DNA of 64,000 nucleotides from Candidatus Bathyarchaeota archaeon (lineage in GTDB: Archaea; Thermoproteota; Bathyarchaeia; Bathyarchaeales; Bathyarchaeaceae), in the NCBI GenBank assembly GCA_963697165.1, contig CAVOMX010000018.1, positions 1 through 64,000 on the forward strand, read 5' to 3'. The notes below the pieces were generated by a model. The model ran no database searches and had not been told where the DNA came from. It saw only the letters and a program-made list of their open reading frames with translations. The position numbers and the translations under genes were made by a program. Shown piece after piece: positions 40,802-50,934 of the stretch (positions are counted from its first letter, which is position 1; each line of letters starts with the position of its first letter).

Positions 40802-40956
40802 GGTCAGAGAATGAAATCGGAAAAAGGCTTGAAAAACTTACGAAACAAGGATTGACTGGAGGACCATATAGCGAATTGAAGACTATTGCGTGGAATGCAA
40901 CTAAACAAGCTCTTGAGTGGGTTCTTGAAGAAACCGAAAACCCATTAACATATTAA
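40798..40956 (+). CDS. 52-aa hypothetical protein (absent from the ORF track)
   Basis: ATGA overlap with the upstream stop; MRSENEIGKRLE...QALEWVLEETENPLTY*. Confidence 0.65.
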   Translation: MRSENEIGKRLEKLTKQGLTGGPYSELKTIAWNATKQALEWVLEETENPLTY

Positions 40957-41085
40957 TTTGGTGTTTAGAGTTTTCTTTCAATGGTTTGGGTTTGGGGTTA
41001 TAATAACCCGTTAAATAAGCTATACTGGACGCTAATGATTTTGTTTAATATTAAGAACGCCTTTAACATTCTTTTTGTGGAACTA

Positions 41086-43017
41086 TTAGATTGTAAGTAG
41101 CCTGAAAGCTATTCCTCCCAGAAGTAGGGCAAGCAAGATTTCGAAAACAGTGATTAACCCTGCTTTCTTCCAGCCGAACTCTTTGACCATTGCACCTATA
41201 GTTGCTATGCACGGTATGTATAGCATTACCACTAGGGTGAAGACAATCATCTGAGCTGGAGTCATGACCTGAGCAAAATTTGTTGTTCCTAATAGAGTCC
41301 CGAGCATTATCAACGTCAATTCTTTTCGTAGCACACCAAATATTAGAGCTATTCCGGTAACTGCTGGCAATCCCAGCCAAGTAACAGTTACTGGGCTGAA
41401 TATGCTTGCGATTGGCTCTAACAAGTTGGCAATTTCTACGATTTTAATTACTGAGCTGCCTACAATTATTAGGGGAAACGCCATCACTATGAATTCTCGC
41501 AGCCTAAACCAAGTTTGCTTCAAAACCGTTTTCATGTGAGGTATTCTGTAGTCACTCATCTCCATAATCAATTCAGTTGGTTCACCGGGCAGGGCTTTGA
41601 ATGCTATTCTTCCAAGAACGAAGATAATGATCAGGTTGATGATGTAGAGCGCCAGTGCCCATTGGATGCCTACGAACTTTCCGACGAGTCCAAGTATGAT
41701 GACTGATGTTGCAGCGCATGGCACGAGTGTGACAACAAAGGCGGTTAGGAGTCTCTCACGTGTGGTCTCCATTATTCTGCATCCTAGACACCCTGGAACG
41801 TTACAACCGAAGCTAAGCATGACTGGAATGAAGGCTTTTCCATGTAAACCCATTTTGTGCATTAGATTGTCCATCAGAAAGGCGATTCGGCTTAGGTATC
41901 CTGAATCTTCGAATAGGTACAAGATGAAGTAGAACGGAAGAATGTAAGGTAAAGCAACTGTGATGCCTCCAATAATTCCGTCTATGGCCCCTCCCCAGAC
42001 AAGTTCTCCAACGATTCCTGTTCCGAGAAAACTGTCAAAAGTTGGCTTCAAACCAAAAAAGAACTCCCTTAAATGGGAAGATGTGAAGTCTCCGAAAGTG
42101 AATATTGCAATAAAAACTGTGAGTAATGCCGTTAACATTATTGGGTAGCCAAAAATTTTGTGGGTTGTTATTGTATGAAATTTTTCTCGTATGGGCGTCT
42201 TTAGTGGTTCGGTTATCTCCTGAATTTCTTTTGAAATTCTGCTTGCAACGTGGTATCTTTCAGAAGATACAACAGTTGGACAGGAGTGACCATGAATATC
42301 CTCAAGTTCTGCCCTAATCTTTTCAGCATCCACTACGATTTTTGGGCTCACTTCAAAGACCTCTTTCTCAACTTCCTTGTCTTCATCCAGAAGTTTTATT
42401 GCAGCCCATCTAGATGGGTACCTCAACTGAATTTTGCTAAGAAGTTCAACAAGTTCTTCAATTCTTTCTTCGAGCTCTTTTCCATATCGTGGTTTCAAAG
42501 GGTCTGTTCTTCTCTTTTTCTCGATAACTTCGATAGCTGTTTCCAACATTTGGTAGATGCCTTTTCCACTTACTGCAACTGTAGGAATAACTGGCACTCC
42601 TAGGATCCTCTCTGCTTTCTCATAATCGATTATAATCCCCTTTTTCTTTGCCATGTCTACTTGGTTTAGGGCTATGATTAGGGGTGTTTCCAGTTCAAGA
42701 AGCTGGAGAGTAAAAAACAGGTTTCTCTCAAGAAGTGAAGCGTCTACAACGTTTATCACTAAGTCAGGTTTTTCGGTTGCTATATAGTCTCTTGAGATTA
42801 ACTCCTCCAGGGAGAATGTGGATAAAGAATAGATTCCGGGTAGATCTATGACGTCTATTGTGTAGCCTTGGAAGTGGAGTGTTCCTTCGGCTTTTTCAAC
42901 TGTTTTTCCGGGCCAATTTCCAATATGCTGGTGTAGGCCTGTCAACTGATTGAATATAACCGATTTCCCTACGTTGGCATTTCCTGCCAAAGCAACTGTG
43001 AAATGATTGTTGCTCAT
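41086..43017 (-). CDS. feoB: Ferrous iron transporter B
   Basis: GNANVGKS, GNWPGKTVE, DLPGIYSL, FGCNVP, LYIPCIATI. Confidence 0.96.
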   Translation of the reverse strand: MSNNHFTVALAGNANVGKSVIFNQLTGLHQHIGNWPGKTVEKAEGTLHFQGYTIDVIDLPGIYSLSTFSLEELISRDYIATEKPDLVINVVDASLLERNLFFTLQLLELETPLIIALNQVDMAKKKGIIIDYEKAERILGVPVIPTVAVSGKGIYQMLETAIEVIEKKRRTDPLKPRYGKELEERIEELVELLSKIQLRYPSRWAAIKLLDEDKEVEKEVFEVSPKIVVDAEKIRAELEDIHGHSCPTVVSSERYHVASRISKEIQEITEPLKTPIREKFHTITTHKIFGYPIMLTALLTVFIAIFTFGDFTSSHLREFFFGLKPTFDSFLGTGIVGELVWGGAIDGIIGGITVALPYILPFYFILYLFEDSGYLSRIAFLMDNLMHKMGLHGKAFIPVMLSFGCNVPGCLGCRIMETTRERLLTAFVVTLVPCAATSVIILGLVGKFVGIQWALALYIINLIIIFVLGRIAFKALPGEPTELIMEMSDYRIPHMKTVLKQTWFRLREFIVMAFPLIIVGSSVIKIVEIANLLEPIASIFSPVTVTWLGLPAVTGIALIFGVLRKELTLIMLGTLLGTTNFAQVMTPAQMIVFTLVVMLYIPCIATIGAMVKEFGWKKAGLITVFEILLALLLGGIAFRLLTI

Positions 43018-43310
43018 CGTTTGACATCCACGAGTATTCTGCTAGCCATTCCTCTGCCTATGGCTAACCTTGAACCCCTAACACAGATTTCTAGGGGTCC
43101 ATTGAAAGGCGCTGACTTCACCACAGTTACGTTAGTGCCTGGAGTTAGACCCAAATCAGTAAGTCTTTTGACGCAGCGAGAGGTCATAAAATGCTTTTTC
43201 CAGCCTTTTCCTGCTCTATTTCCACACATCGGTTGTCCTTCTGAATTGAGCCCTGTGGAGGTTATGACTCCAGTTTCGCCGTTACTCAACTCTGTTACTG
43301 GCAGTTCCAT
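43014..43310 (-). CDS. feoA: Ferrous iron transport protein A
   Basis: RLTDLGLTPG, APFNGPLEI.VRGSRLAIGRG. Confidence 0.92.
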   Translation of the reverse strand: MELPVTELSNGETGVITSTGLNSEGQPMCGNRAGKGWKKHFMTSRCVKRLTDLGLTPGTNVTVVKSAPFNGPLEICVRGSRLAIGRGMASRILVDVKR

Positions 43311-43993
43311 TAGTTTCTCACCTCTTCACTTTTCTTAACATAGATGATCGATGCTACATCATGGTCGATAGTGCAGATTTTGTTCCTAACCCGGATTGTA
43401 ACAGAATCTCTAGGAACTATGTTTTCGATTTGCACTCTTTCTCCGGGTTTGAGCTTTAGTTTAGTGAGCTGTTGTAGTATCTCAGCTTTTTCTTCAGTTA
43501 TCTTAATAATAACTCCACTAGTTTTGGTGTCGAGTTCAGTGAGGGCTACTGTTTCTTCTTCAAGGATTCCTCCACAATTTGTTGGTATCGGGTTTCCATG
43601 AGGGCATCTTTTTGGGTGGCCTAATGCTTTTTCTAGTGGCTTGATTATTTCTGGTGAAAGGGCGTGTTCTAGTTTGCAAGCTGGGTCGTGGACCTCGCTC
43701 CAGTCTAGATGGAAAAAATCTGTTAATAATCGTTCTGCGAGGCGATGTCTCCTCAGAATGTTTGAAGCGATTTTTCGTCCATTATCCGTTAGCGTTACTC
43801 CTTTGTATGGTTCATGAATTACAAGTCCTTTTCTTTCCAAGTTCTCGATAGTGTTTGTTATTGAACCAGGAACTACTCCCAATTCTCTGGAAAGAGTCAT
43901 GGTTCTGGCGAAGCCTACTTTGCTTTCTAATCGGTAGATTGCCTCTAGGTATTCTTCGGCTTTGTTGGTGACTGCTGTTTCTTCGGGTTTCAT
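43310..43993 (-). CDS. DtxR/MntR metal-dependent repressor with FeoA-like C-terminal domain
   Basis: EEYLEAIY, RRHRLAE, ACKLEH, CPHGNPIP. Confidence 0.92.
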   Translation of the reverse strand: MKPEETAVTNKAEEYLEAIYRLESKVGFARTMTLSRELGVVPGSITNTIENLERKGLVIHEPYKGVTLTDNGRKIASNILRRHRLAERLLTDFFHLDWSEVHDPACKLEHALSPEIIKPLEKALGHPKRCPHGNPIPTNCGGILEEETVALTELDTKTSGVIIKITEEKAEILQQLTKLKLKPGERVQIENIVPRDSVTIRVRNKICTIDHDVASIIYVKKSEEVRN

Positions 43994-44532
43994 GAGTTTC
44001 ACCTGCCTACAATTACGACTTCTCGTAATTTTATTATCAATATCATCATTGATAAACCTTACCTTATACAATTCACTAAAATACCAAAACTATCTGCACA
44101 CAAACCTGTTAAGGCACAATGAGGACCTGCCGAGAAATGGTAACTGCAAAGTATACTACTAGTTAAAACAGTAAATTATATCTCTGAAAACCGTTTTTGC
44201 ACGCGCACGCTGATTGTTTGGAAAGCTTTTCTTCACATCCCAAGCCTTAACTAAAAGAAGCCCTGTTCTGGTCTCAAACAGAATAACTAATACGCCTGCG
44301 CGCGCATCCTTGAAGAAACCGAAAACCCATTAACATATTAACAAGGATTTGGGCACGCATTCTGCATATTTACTTTTATTTACTTACGACCTTCCCCACC
44401 CCCTATAGGGTAAAATGGAAAAGCCTGAGCCGTTCATGTTTTATTTGAACTAAATTTAACATCAACGAGTAAGTTGTAACTTAAGGATAGACTAATAACA
44501 GCTGATTTTTGAAAATAGCCTTTTTTTCAGAA

Positions 44533-45243
44533 TCACGACCGCTTAGCGTCTAGCATTTTTCTTCTGCTGTCCTCGCCAGGCTTCACGGTATCCTCAACCA
44601 GCTTATATTGTCTCTCGTAAATGTGGCAGTTCTTAGAATGGAAAATGAGTTTGCCTGTTCTGATTTCAAGGTTTCCTCTGCTGTTAATCTCTGAAACTAA
44701 TGCCTCGTTGAATAGTTGAATTCCAGCTATGTTGGCAGGCAATCCCGCATAAGCATCCCAAGACCTGAAATAGCATGTTAGGTTCAGTTGGTAATCAAGT
44801 ATTTCGGTGTCGATCAGACTCAGGCAGGGAGGCTCATGTTTCTTGTATTCTCCTAAACTTTTCTTTATGTCCTCTGGCAGCCGAATAACAAATGTGACTT
44901 GCCTGTCTCTCCGCTCTTTTACATAGCGGTTAATGGCTTCTTCCACCTGATCAACTGGTTCTCTCATACGGCTTCCGTAAGTGTATGTTTCTTCTTCGAT
45001 TTCTCCAGACCACAAATACTTCAGGGCATACCACTGAACATACTTCATGGTGCAGGGAGCCATAAAATCAACCAGAGGACGATTGGCAGGATTAGTGATC
45101 TCTATACTCACGTTCAGCTTCTTCGTCTCAGAAGCTTCAGAGCCATACCCAACCTCAAAAATGTCCCCATTGTACCAAATTTCATTCAAAACCTTATACC
45201 ATGCATCTGGACAATCAAAAGCCTTAATCACAGTATATCTCAA
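44533..45243 (-). CDS. thyA: Thymidylate synthase, archaeal type
   Basis: YTYGSR, PPCL, FRSWD, PAN, HIYER. Confidence 0.88.
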   Translation of the reverse strand: MRYTVIKAFDCPDAWYKVLNEIWYNGDIFEVGYGSEASETKKLNVSIEITNPANRPLVDFMAPCTMKYVQWYALKYLWSGEIEEETYTYGSRMREPVDQVEEAINRYVKERRDRQVTFVIRLPEDIKKSLGEYKKHEPPCLSLIDTEILDYQLNLTCYFRSWDAYAGLPANIAGIQLFNEALVSEINSRGNLEIRTGKLIFHSKNCHIYERQYKLVEDTVKPGEDSRRKMLDAKRS

Positions 45244-45287
45244 CAGGAAATCCTCCCGCCTGTCCCGCTAACTATCAAACAACCACC

Positions 45288-45764
45288 CTATAATTGTTGA
45301 TCGATTGATTTGCCTATCCTGCGTTGCCTGTAATTCTCATAGTCTGGTATTATCCTGTCATATTCTTTATCCATTAGAGTTGACGAAACCATGAAATCTG
45401 CAGTGGATCTGTTGCATGCAACGGGAATGTTCCACACAACAGCCATACGCAAAAGAGCCTTCACGTCGGGATCATGAGGAAGAGACTCAAGAGGGTCCCA
45501 GAAAAATATCAGAAAATCTATTTCACTGTTTGCGATCTTGGCTCCAATCTGCATATCCCCACCCAAAGGTCCACTCTTGAGCTTGATTACTTCCAAGCCT
45601 GCTTTTTCAATAATATTTCCTGTTGTTCCAGTCGCATAAAGCTCATGTAAACTCAAAAGATACTTGTTGAACTTCACCCACTCAAACAAATCTTCCTTTT
45701 TGTGGTCATGAGCAACCAAAGCAATCTTCTTTCTTTTTTCCATCAAAACCTTTTCATCATTCAT
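45288..45764 (-). CDS. mgsA: Methylglyoxal synthase
   Basis: [39 protein letters not shown]. Confidence 0.93.
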   Translation of the reverse strand: MNDEKVLMEKRKKIALVAHDHKKEDLFEWVKFNKYLLSLHELYATGTTGNIIEKAGLEVIKLKSGPLGGDMQIGAKIANSEIDFLIFFWDPLESLPHDPDVKALLRMAVVWNIPVACNRSTADFMVSSTLMDKEYDRIIPDYENYRQRRIGKSIDQQL

Positions 45765-45911
45765 TCTTCTTCACCCTTCCCAACAACCCATTGTTACTGA
45801 ACATAAAAAGAAAAGATTTACTCGCCGCTACTTAGTAAGAATTAATTTTTGGAGATTCTTTTCAACAAAGCTATTGATGGGTATCCGCCCACTACCCACA
45901 CAGTGACCTTG

Positions 45912-48029
45912 CTATTTTTTAATATTGTTACTTTCCGAGAGATACGCCTTCGGCTGGTAAATGCACCATGGATCATCTGCCAAGTAATCGCCCTGCATTT
46001 CTGTTGGTTCATGCAGAGCACCACAAAAGTCCATATGTTCTGTAGTTACACCATATGCCCTAGCGCGACATCCTCCACATATATCACGATGTTCGCATAA
46101 CTTACATTTTCCTTTCAACTGGTCAAAGTCACGCAGAGCATTGAAAACCTTTGAGTTGAACCAAATGTCCTTAAATGACCTTTCACGGATGTTTCCAAGA
46201 CTGACTGGCATGTATGGGCAGGGAGTAACTTCGCCCTGAGGGGTAAATTCGACAGTAATATAGTCCAGCCATGCAGCCTCGAACCCAACGCGACATGTCA
46301 ATGCCCTGATCATTAGCAACACGCATAAACTGAGGGGCACATGAAGGCTTCACATTCAGTTTATACTTTGTAGTTTTGGCTAACGTGTTCGTAATCATTT
46401 CCTCGTACATTTTCGGTGTTATGTCTTCGATGTCTGTTCCTCTTCCTGTGGGCACCAAAAAGAACAAGTGAAAGTTCTCAACGCCCAAGTCTTCAGCCAG
46501 TGCCATTATATCATCTACTTCGTCATAGTTCTGTTGTGTCACTGTGCAGTTAACTTGAACCTGTATGTCGGCCTTTTTGAGTGCTTTGATGGCATTCACG
46601 GCGACGTTCCCAGCAGCCTTTAACGCCGCGGAACTCGTCATGCCGCTCGGGTATGCTCGAGTCTAAGCTGATTGCAACAGTCCACATTCCCGCGTCTTTG
46701 AGTTTTCTTGCAACTTCGTCGTCGATGAGCATGCCGTTGCTTCCCATTCCCATCCTTAAACCGCGGTCTGCACCATACCTGATAATCTCGTAGATGTCTT
46801 CTCTTAGCAGAGGCTCGCCGCCGCTCAGTATTAGTAATGGTCTGCTGACTTCGGTAATCTGGTGTATAAGCATCTTCGCTGCGTCGGTGCTCAGCTCGTC
46901 CACTAGGCTTTGTCTCTTTAGCGTTGATGTAGCAGTGTGAGCACTTCAGATTACACTTTAATGTCACGTTCCAAGAAACAACCAATGGAACATACTTTTC
47001 TGTAGTTGCCGCAGTTGAAGTTGGGCGCAATCCTGATCTGGAACTCGCATTTTCCGTCAGATGCCATTCTCAGCGGTTGAGAAACGCCTATTGGAAATGG
47101 AATAAACTTTTCAAACATGGATTGAGCATGTGCCCTGCAGAAGTTCTTGCAGAAAAGCTGGGATGTTTCACTTTTTTTGTCCAATTCTGTTTCCATGTAT
47201 TTGTGGCTTCCATGGATTGGACAATTCAAGAATCGCATGAATCCTCCCAGATTCTGCATATCCATCTTGTATTCGATGAAGTGGTCACTAAGCATCAGTT
47301 TCTGCAGTTTTTCTTTTGATATTCCAACCTTTAGAGATACGTCAAAGGCGGAGTCAACTGTTTTATCGCCGAAACCTCTTTTGCACGCGACCCATAGTTT
47401 CCGCAATCCGTTCTACACCCAAGTCTTCGGCTAATTGTTCCACAATCAAGAAGCCCTTTATTGTCTCATATTCTTGACGCAAACGCATCTCAACAACATG
47501 CTCAGACCATTCACAAAACAGGATTTGGAGGCAATCTTTGGCTCTGGAGTCTTTTCTGTCAAGCAACTCTTCAACCTTTTTTGTCTCTTCACTTAGCTTC
47601 CTGAATATGTTAATCTTTTCTTCGACACCAAGCACTGGATTCTTAACAGACATCACAACTTTGTCGTCTAACTCTATGATGCCTTCCAACAGCTCCTTAG
47701 TGTCAGAAACAAAATCGCCATAAAATCTCCACTGCGCTATTTCTACAGCGGGGGATTCAACCTCCAGTTCTTCAAGAATAATTCTGGATTCTGCAGACAT
47801 TTTGCTTATCATAGCCATGTGATACAGCAACGATCCTTCCATTCCGGGGTCACTGTTTCTACCAGTGGAGCCATGGAAAACCTCGTCAACCAGCCTTTTT
47901 GCTGTTTCAAAGTCTCCAGAAGCTATGGCTTCTGAGGCGTTGTCTAGTTTTCTTTTTCTCTCCTTTAGCAGAAGAGCCCACTTGTGGCAATGTGCTTCAT
48001 CAAATTTTGTTAAGGCTATCCCTCTCCAT
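45912..48029 (-). CDS. AhbD/NirJ-like radical SAM-SPASM enzyme with a large N-terminal extension, several frameshifts
   Basis: [61 protein letters not shown]; upstream ORFs overlap with no intergenic gaps back to an ATG near 48029. Confidence 0.75.
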
Positions 48030-48179
48030 TCGCAATTTAATGCCGTTAAAGCAATAGACGGTTAATAAGTTATCTGGATTTTCAGAAAAAATCAAAAGAA
48101 CATGTCAATTCAAAATTAATATTGAAAACAGTTTTATCTATAAACAAAATAATGACCAATAAACGGGGGTTGTTCAAAG

Positions 48180-48963
48180 TTGAGTGAAGACGAATCGAAA
48201 TTAGCAGTTAATCTAAATGATGTTTCCAAAAGCTTTGGAACTGTTCAAGCTGTCAAAAACTTAGACCTGCAAATTGATGCTGGAACTGTTTTTGGTTTTC
48301 TTGGTCCAAACGGTTCAGGCAAATCAACAACCATGAAAATGATTATGGGTCTACTGAAGGCAGATTCTGGAAACTTGAACGTTTACGGAATAGACGTTAC
48401 AAATAATCCATGGGAAGTCAAAAAGATTGTGGGCTATGTTCCCGAAAGCCCCCGACTATACGACTTTCTTACCGGACTCGAATACTTAGACTTCATAGCC
48501 GACGTTTACGGCTTAGACGCAGCAACCAAAAAGACTCGAATAAACGAGTATCTTAGTCGCATTTGATTTGGAAAACCGCGAAAACGAAATGATCAGCGGA
48601 TACTCTCATGGTATGCAACAAAAAATTGCAATCATCGCTGCTCTGCTGCACAAGCCAAAACTGTTAATCCTGGATGAACCCTTAAGTGGCTTGGATCCAA
48701 AATCTGCCAGAATTGTAAAAGACCTAATTCACAAATTGGCAACTGAAGGCGTAACAACCATTCTAAGTACTCATGTTCTAGAAATTGCTGATGCAGTCTG
48801 TGACAAGATAGCAATTCTGTATCAGGGAAGTAAACTTGCGGAAGGCAAGCCTGCACAATTACGTAAAGAATCTAAGATGCCTGACTCAACACTTGAAGAA
48901 ATCTTTCTGAAATTAACTGGCACAAACGACATCAAAGATATTGTTCAAGCCCTCGGAAAATGA
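48180..48963 (+). CDS. ABC-2-type transporter ATPase, one frameshift
   Basis: GPNGSGKST, YSHGMQQK, LDEP, STH. Confidence 0.9.
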
Positions 48964-48964
48964 G

Positions 48965-50610
48965 ATGAACATCCTTGAACTTTAAGCTCATATTGCACTT
49001 TGCTAAAATCTTGGCGCTCTCTTCTGTTAGAGCAAAAAGAATGAAAGGCTCTGTTCCCACAGGATTTGCGAAATCTCCAAAAGTAAACCTTATTGTGGGA
49101 CTTAGCCGCTTTTCTGGTTGCAGCGTTTTTAGCAATCAACTTTGCTGGAGCTGTCGTTCTTGAAGACCTAAATGCAAGCATGTTCATGTTGCAGATTTCC
49201 ATTTTTCTTCCATCTTTGATGACTTTGGCGGCAATAATGTATGGGATGCTCTTTGAGTTCAGCCAATCATCGTCTGTTGGTTCATCGGATGTAATCAATT
49301 GGCTTCCCATACATGCTGTAGAGTTTGTTTTAGCCTCGGTGATTTCAATGTTTTACTTTTTAGCTCCATTACTTGGGATCGTTTTTGGTGCAACTTTTGG
49401 TTTATCGTTGTCCACAAGCATGTTGGATGTGGGCTTGTTCAGTTTAGGTGTCAGCACTTTGGGGCTGTTTTTAGGTGCATTCATTTTAGAAATTATACGG
49501 GCAATAACAAATCGTGTATCTTCAACAGTCTACAAACGTAGTGGCAGAACAGCTGTAGTCGTAAGAATGGTCGTGTTCATAATCATGTTTGTTGTTTTCA
49601 TGCTCATATCCAACGTTAATTTTCTCTTTTCCATTCTTGACCAGTTCATGGGTGGAATACAATCATGCGTGGTTCATACCCATACTTTGGCCTTCTCTAA
49701 CAATAATGAGTTATCTAGCAACAGAAACCCTACAATGTGCTAATTTATGCATTACTCAGCATATTATTCACTGGATTGCTTCTTTGGACAAGCGTAAAAC
49801 TTAGAGAAAAATACTGGGTTCCAGCACCATTCGCCATCAAACTTTCATCCTCAAAACCATACACTCCAAAACAAGGTTTCCTTGGAAGCTTTAGGCTTTA
49901 CTGCCGCTGAATCTGCTTTGATTAAAAAAGACTTCCGTGGTTTAACTAGACGTAAAGAGATGCTGGTTTGGATTGCCGTCCCATTGGGTATAAGTGTTAT
50001 ATCCCTTTTTTCAACTCGAATCGTCGTTGGCGTCTGCATCAACTACTTTCGACCGATTAGCGGTTTTCTGGGGTCCATTAATGGGTGTATTCATGTTTGC
50101 ATTTTATCTGTCATTAACTGGCATCGGCCAAGAAGGAAGCGCTTTCCTAAATTTGATGCATTATCCCCTTAAACAGAAAAAGAGCTTATCAAAGCAAAAC
50201 TTACACCAGCACTATTCTTTCAGTTTGTCGCTATGGTTGTTGTCACAATACTAATGCAATTAATTGTGCAACCTCAATTGGAAACTTTAATTGCAATAAC
50301 TGTGACATTATTTGCTGTGCTTTTTGAATGCTCTTTTGTTGGCTTGGCTGTGGGTAGCCGCTTTCCAGACTTCACTGAAATTCCACGAGCCCGTTTCATT
50401 GACCAAAAAGGCGTATGGTTAGGAATGCTTATTATCGCTGGTTGCGTGGGAGTTACATTCCTGCCTCTTTTATTATACACTTTTCCTGTATTAGGAACGT
50501 TTCCAATTCTTGTAGCTCCAATTCTGTCAGCAATCACAAGCATTCCAGTATGTTACATAAGTTATCGGGCAACCTTAGACAGTTTACAGAAACTCATGTA
50601 TCAATCTTGA
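48965..50610 (+). CDS. ABC exporter permease, several frameshifts
   Basis: Chain of hydrophobic ORFs after the ATPase; KKDF...RR, GQEG, RFPDF motifs. Confidence 0.75.
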
Positions 50611-50934
50611 ATATTTTTACCTCAACCTGCTGCAGACTAACTTCAAAAACGCGAACAATAATGGCCTTTAACGCCGTGAATAAGAGGACATTTTCTGTGT
50701 TCTTCTTAGAATCTCTCTGGCTTATTTTTTCCTTGATTTTACGAAGCTTCGTAACTGTTTATTTTTTAACTGATTCATATACGATATTTAATTAATAAAA
50801 ATAGCTCAATAATCCATTTTTGTTTCAAACATTTCTTTTTCGAGTTTAGAAATCCTTTTTCCGAGCGTTTTCGAAAAGTAAATAAGCTTCAAAATGAGTG
50901 AATATTTTCGAACTGAAACTTGAGGTAGCTTAAA

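Larger units (their letters stand above)
40924..44341 (+). mobile_element. Segment bounded by an exact 33-bp direct repeat (40924-40956 and 44309-44341) carrying feoB-feoA-dtxR
   Basis: cttgaagaaaccgaaaacccattaacatattaa occurs twice; no integrase or transposase inside. Confidence 0.6.
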
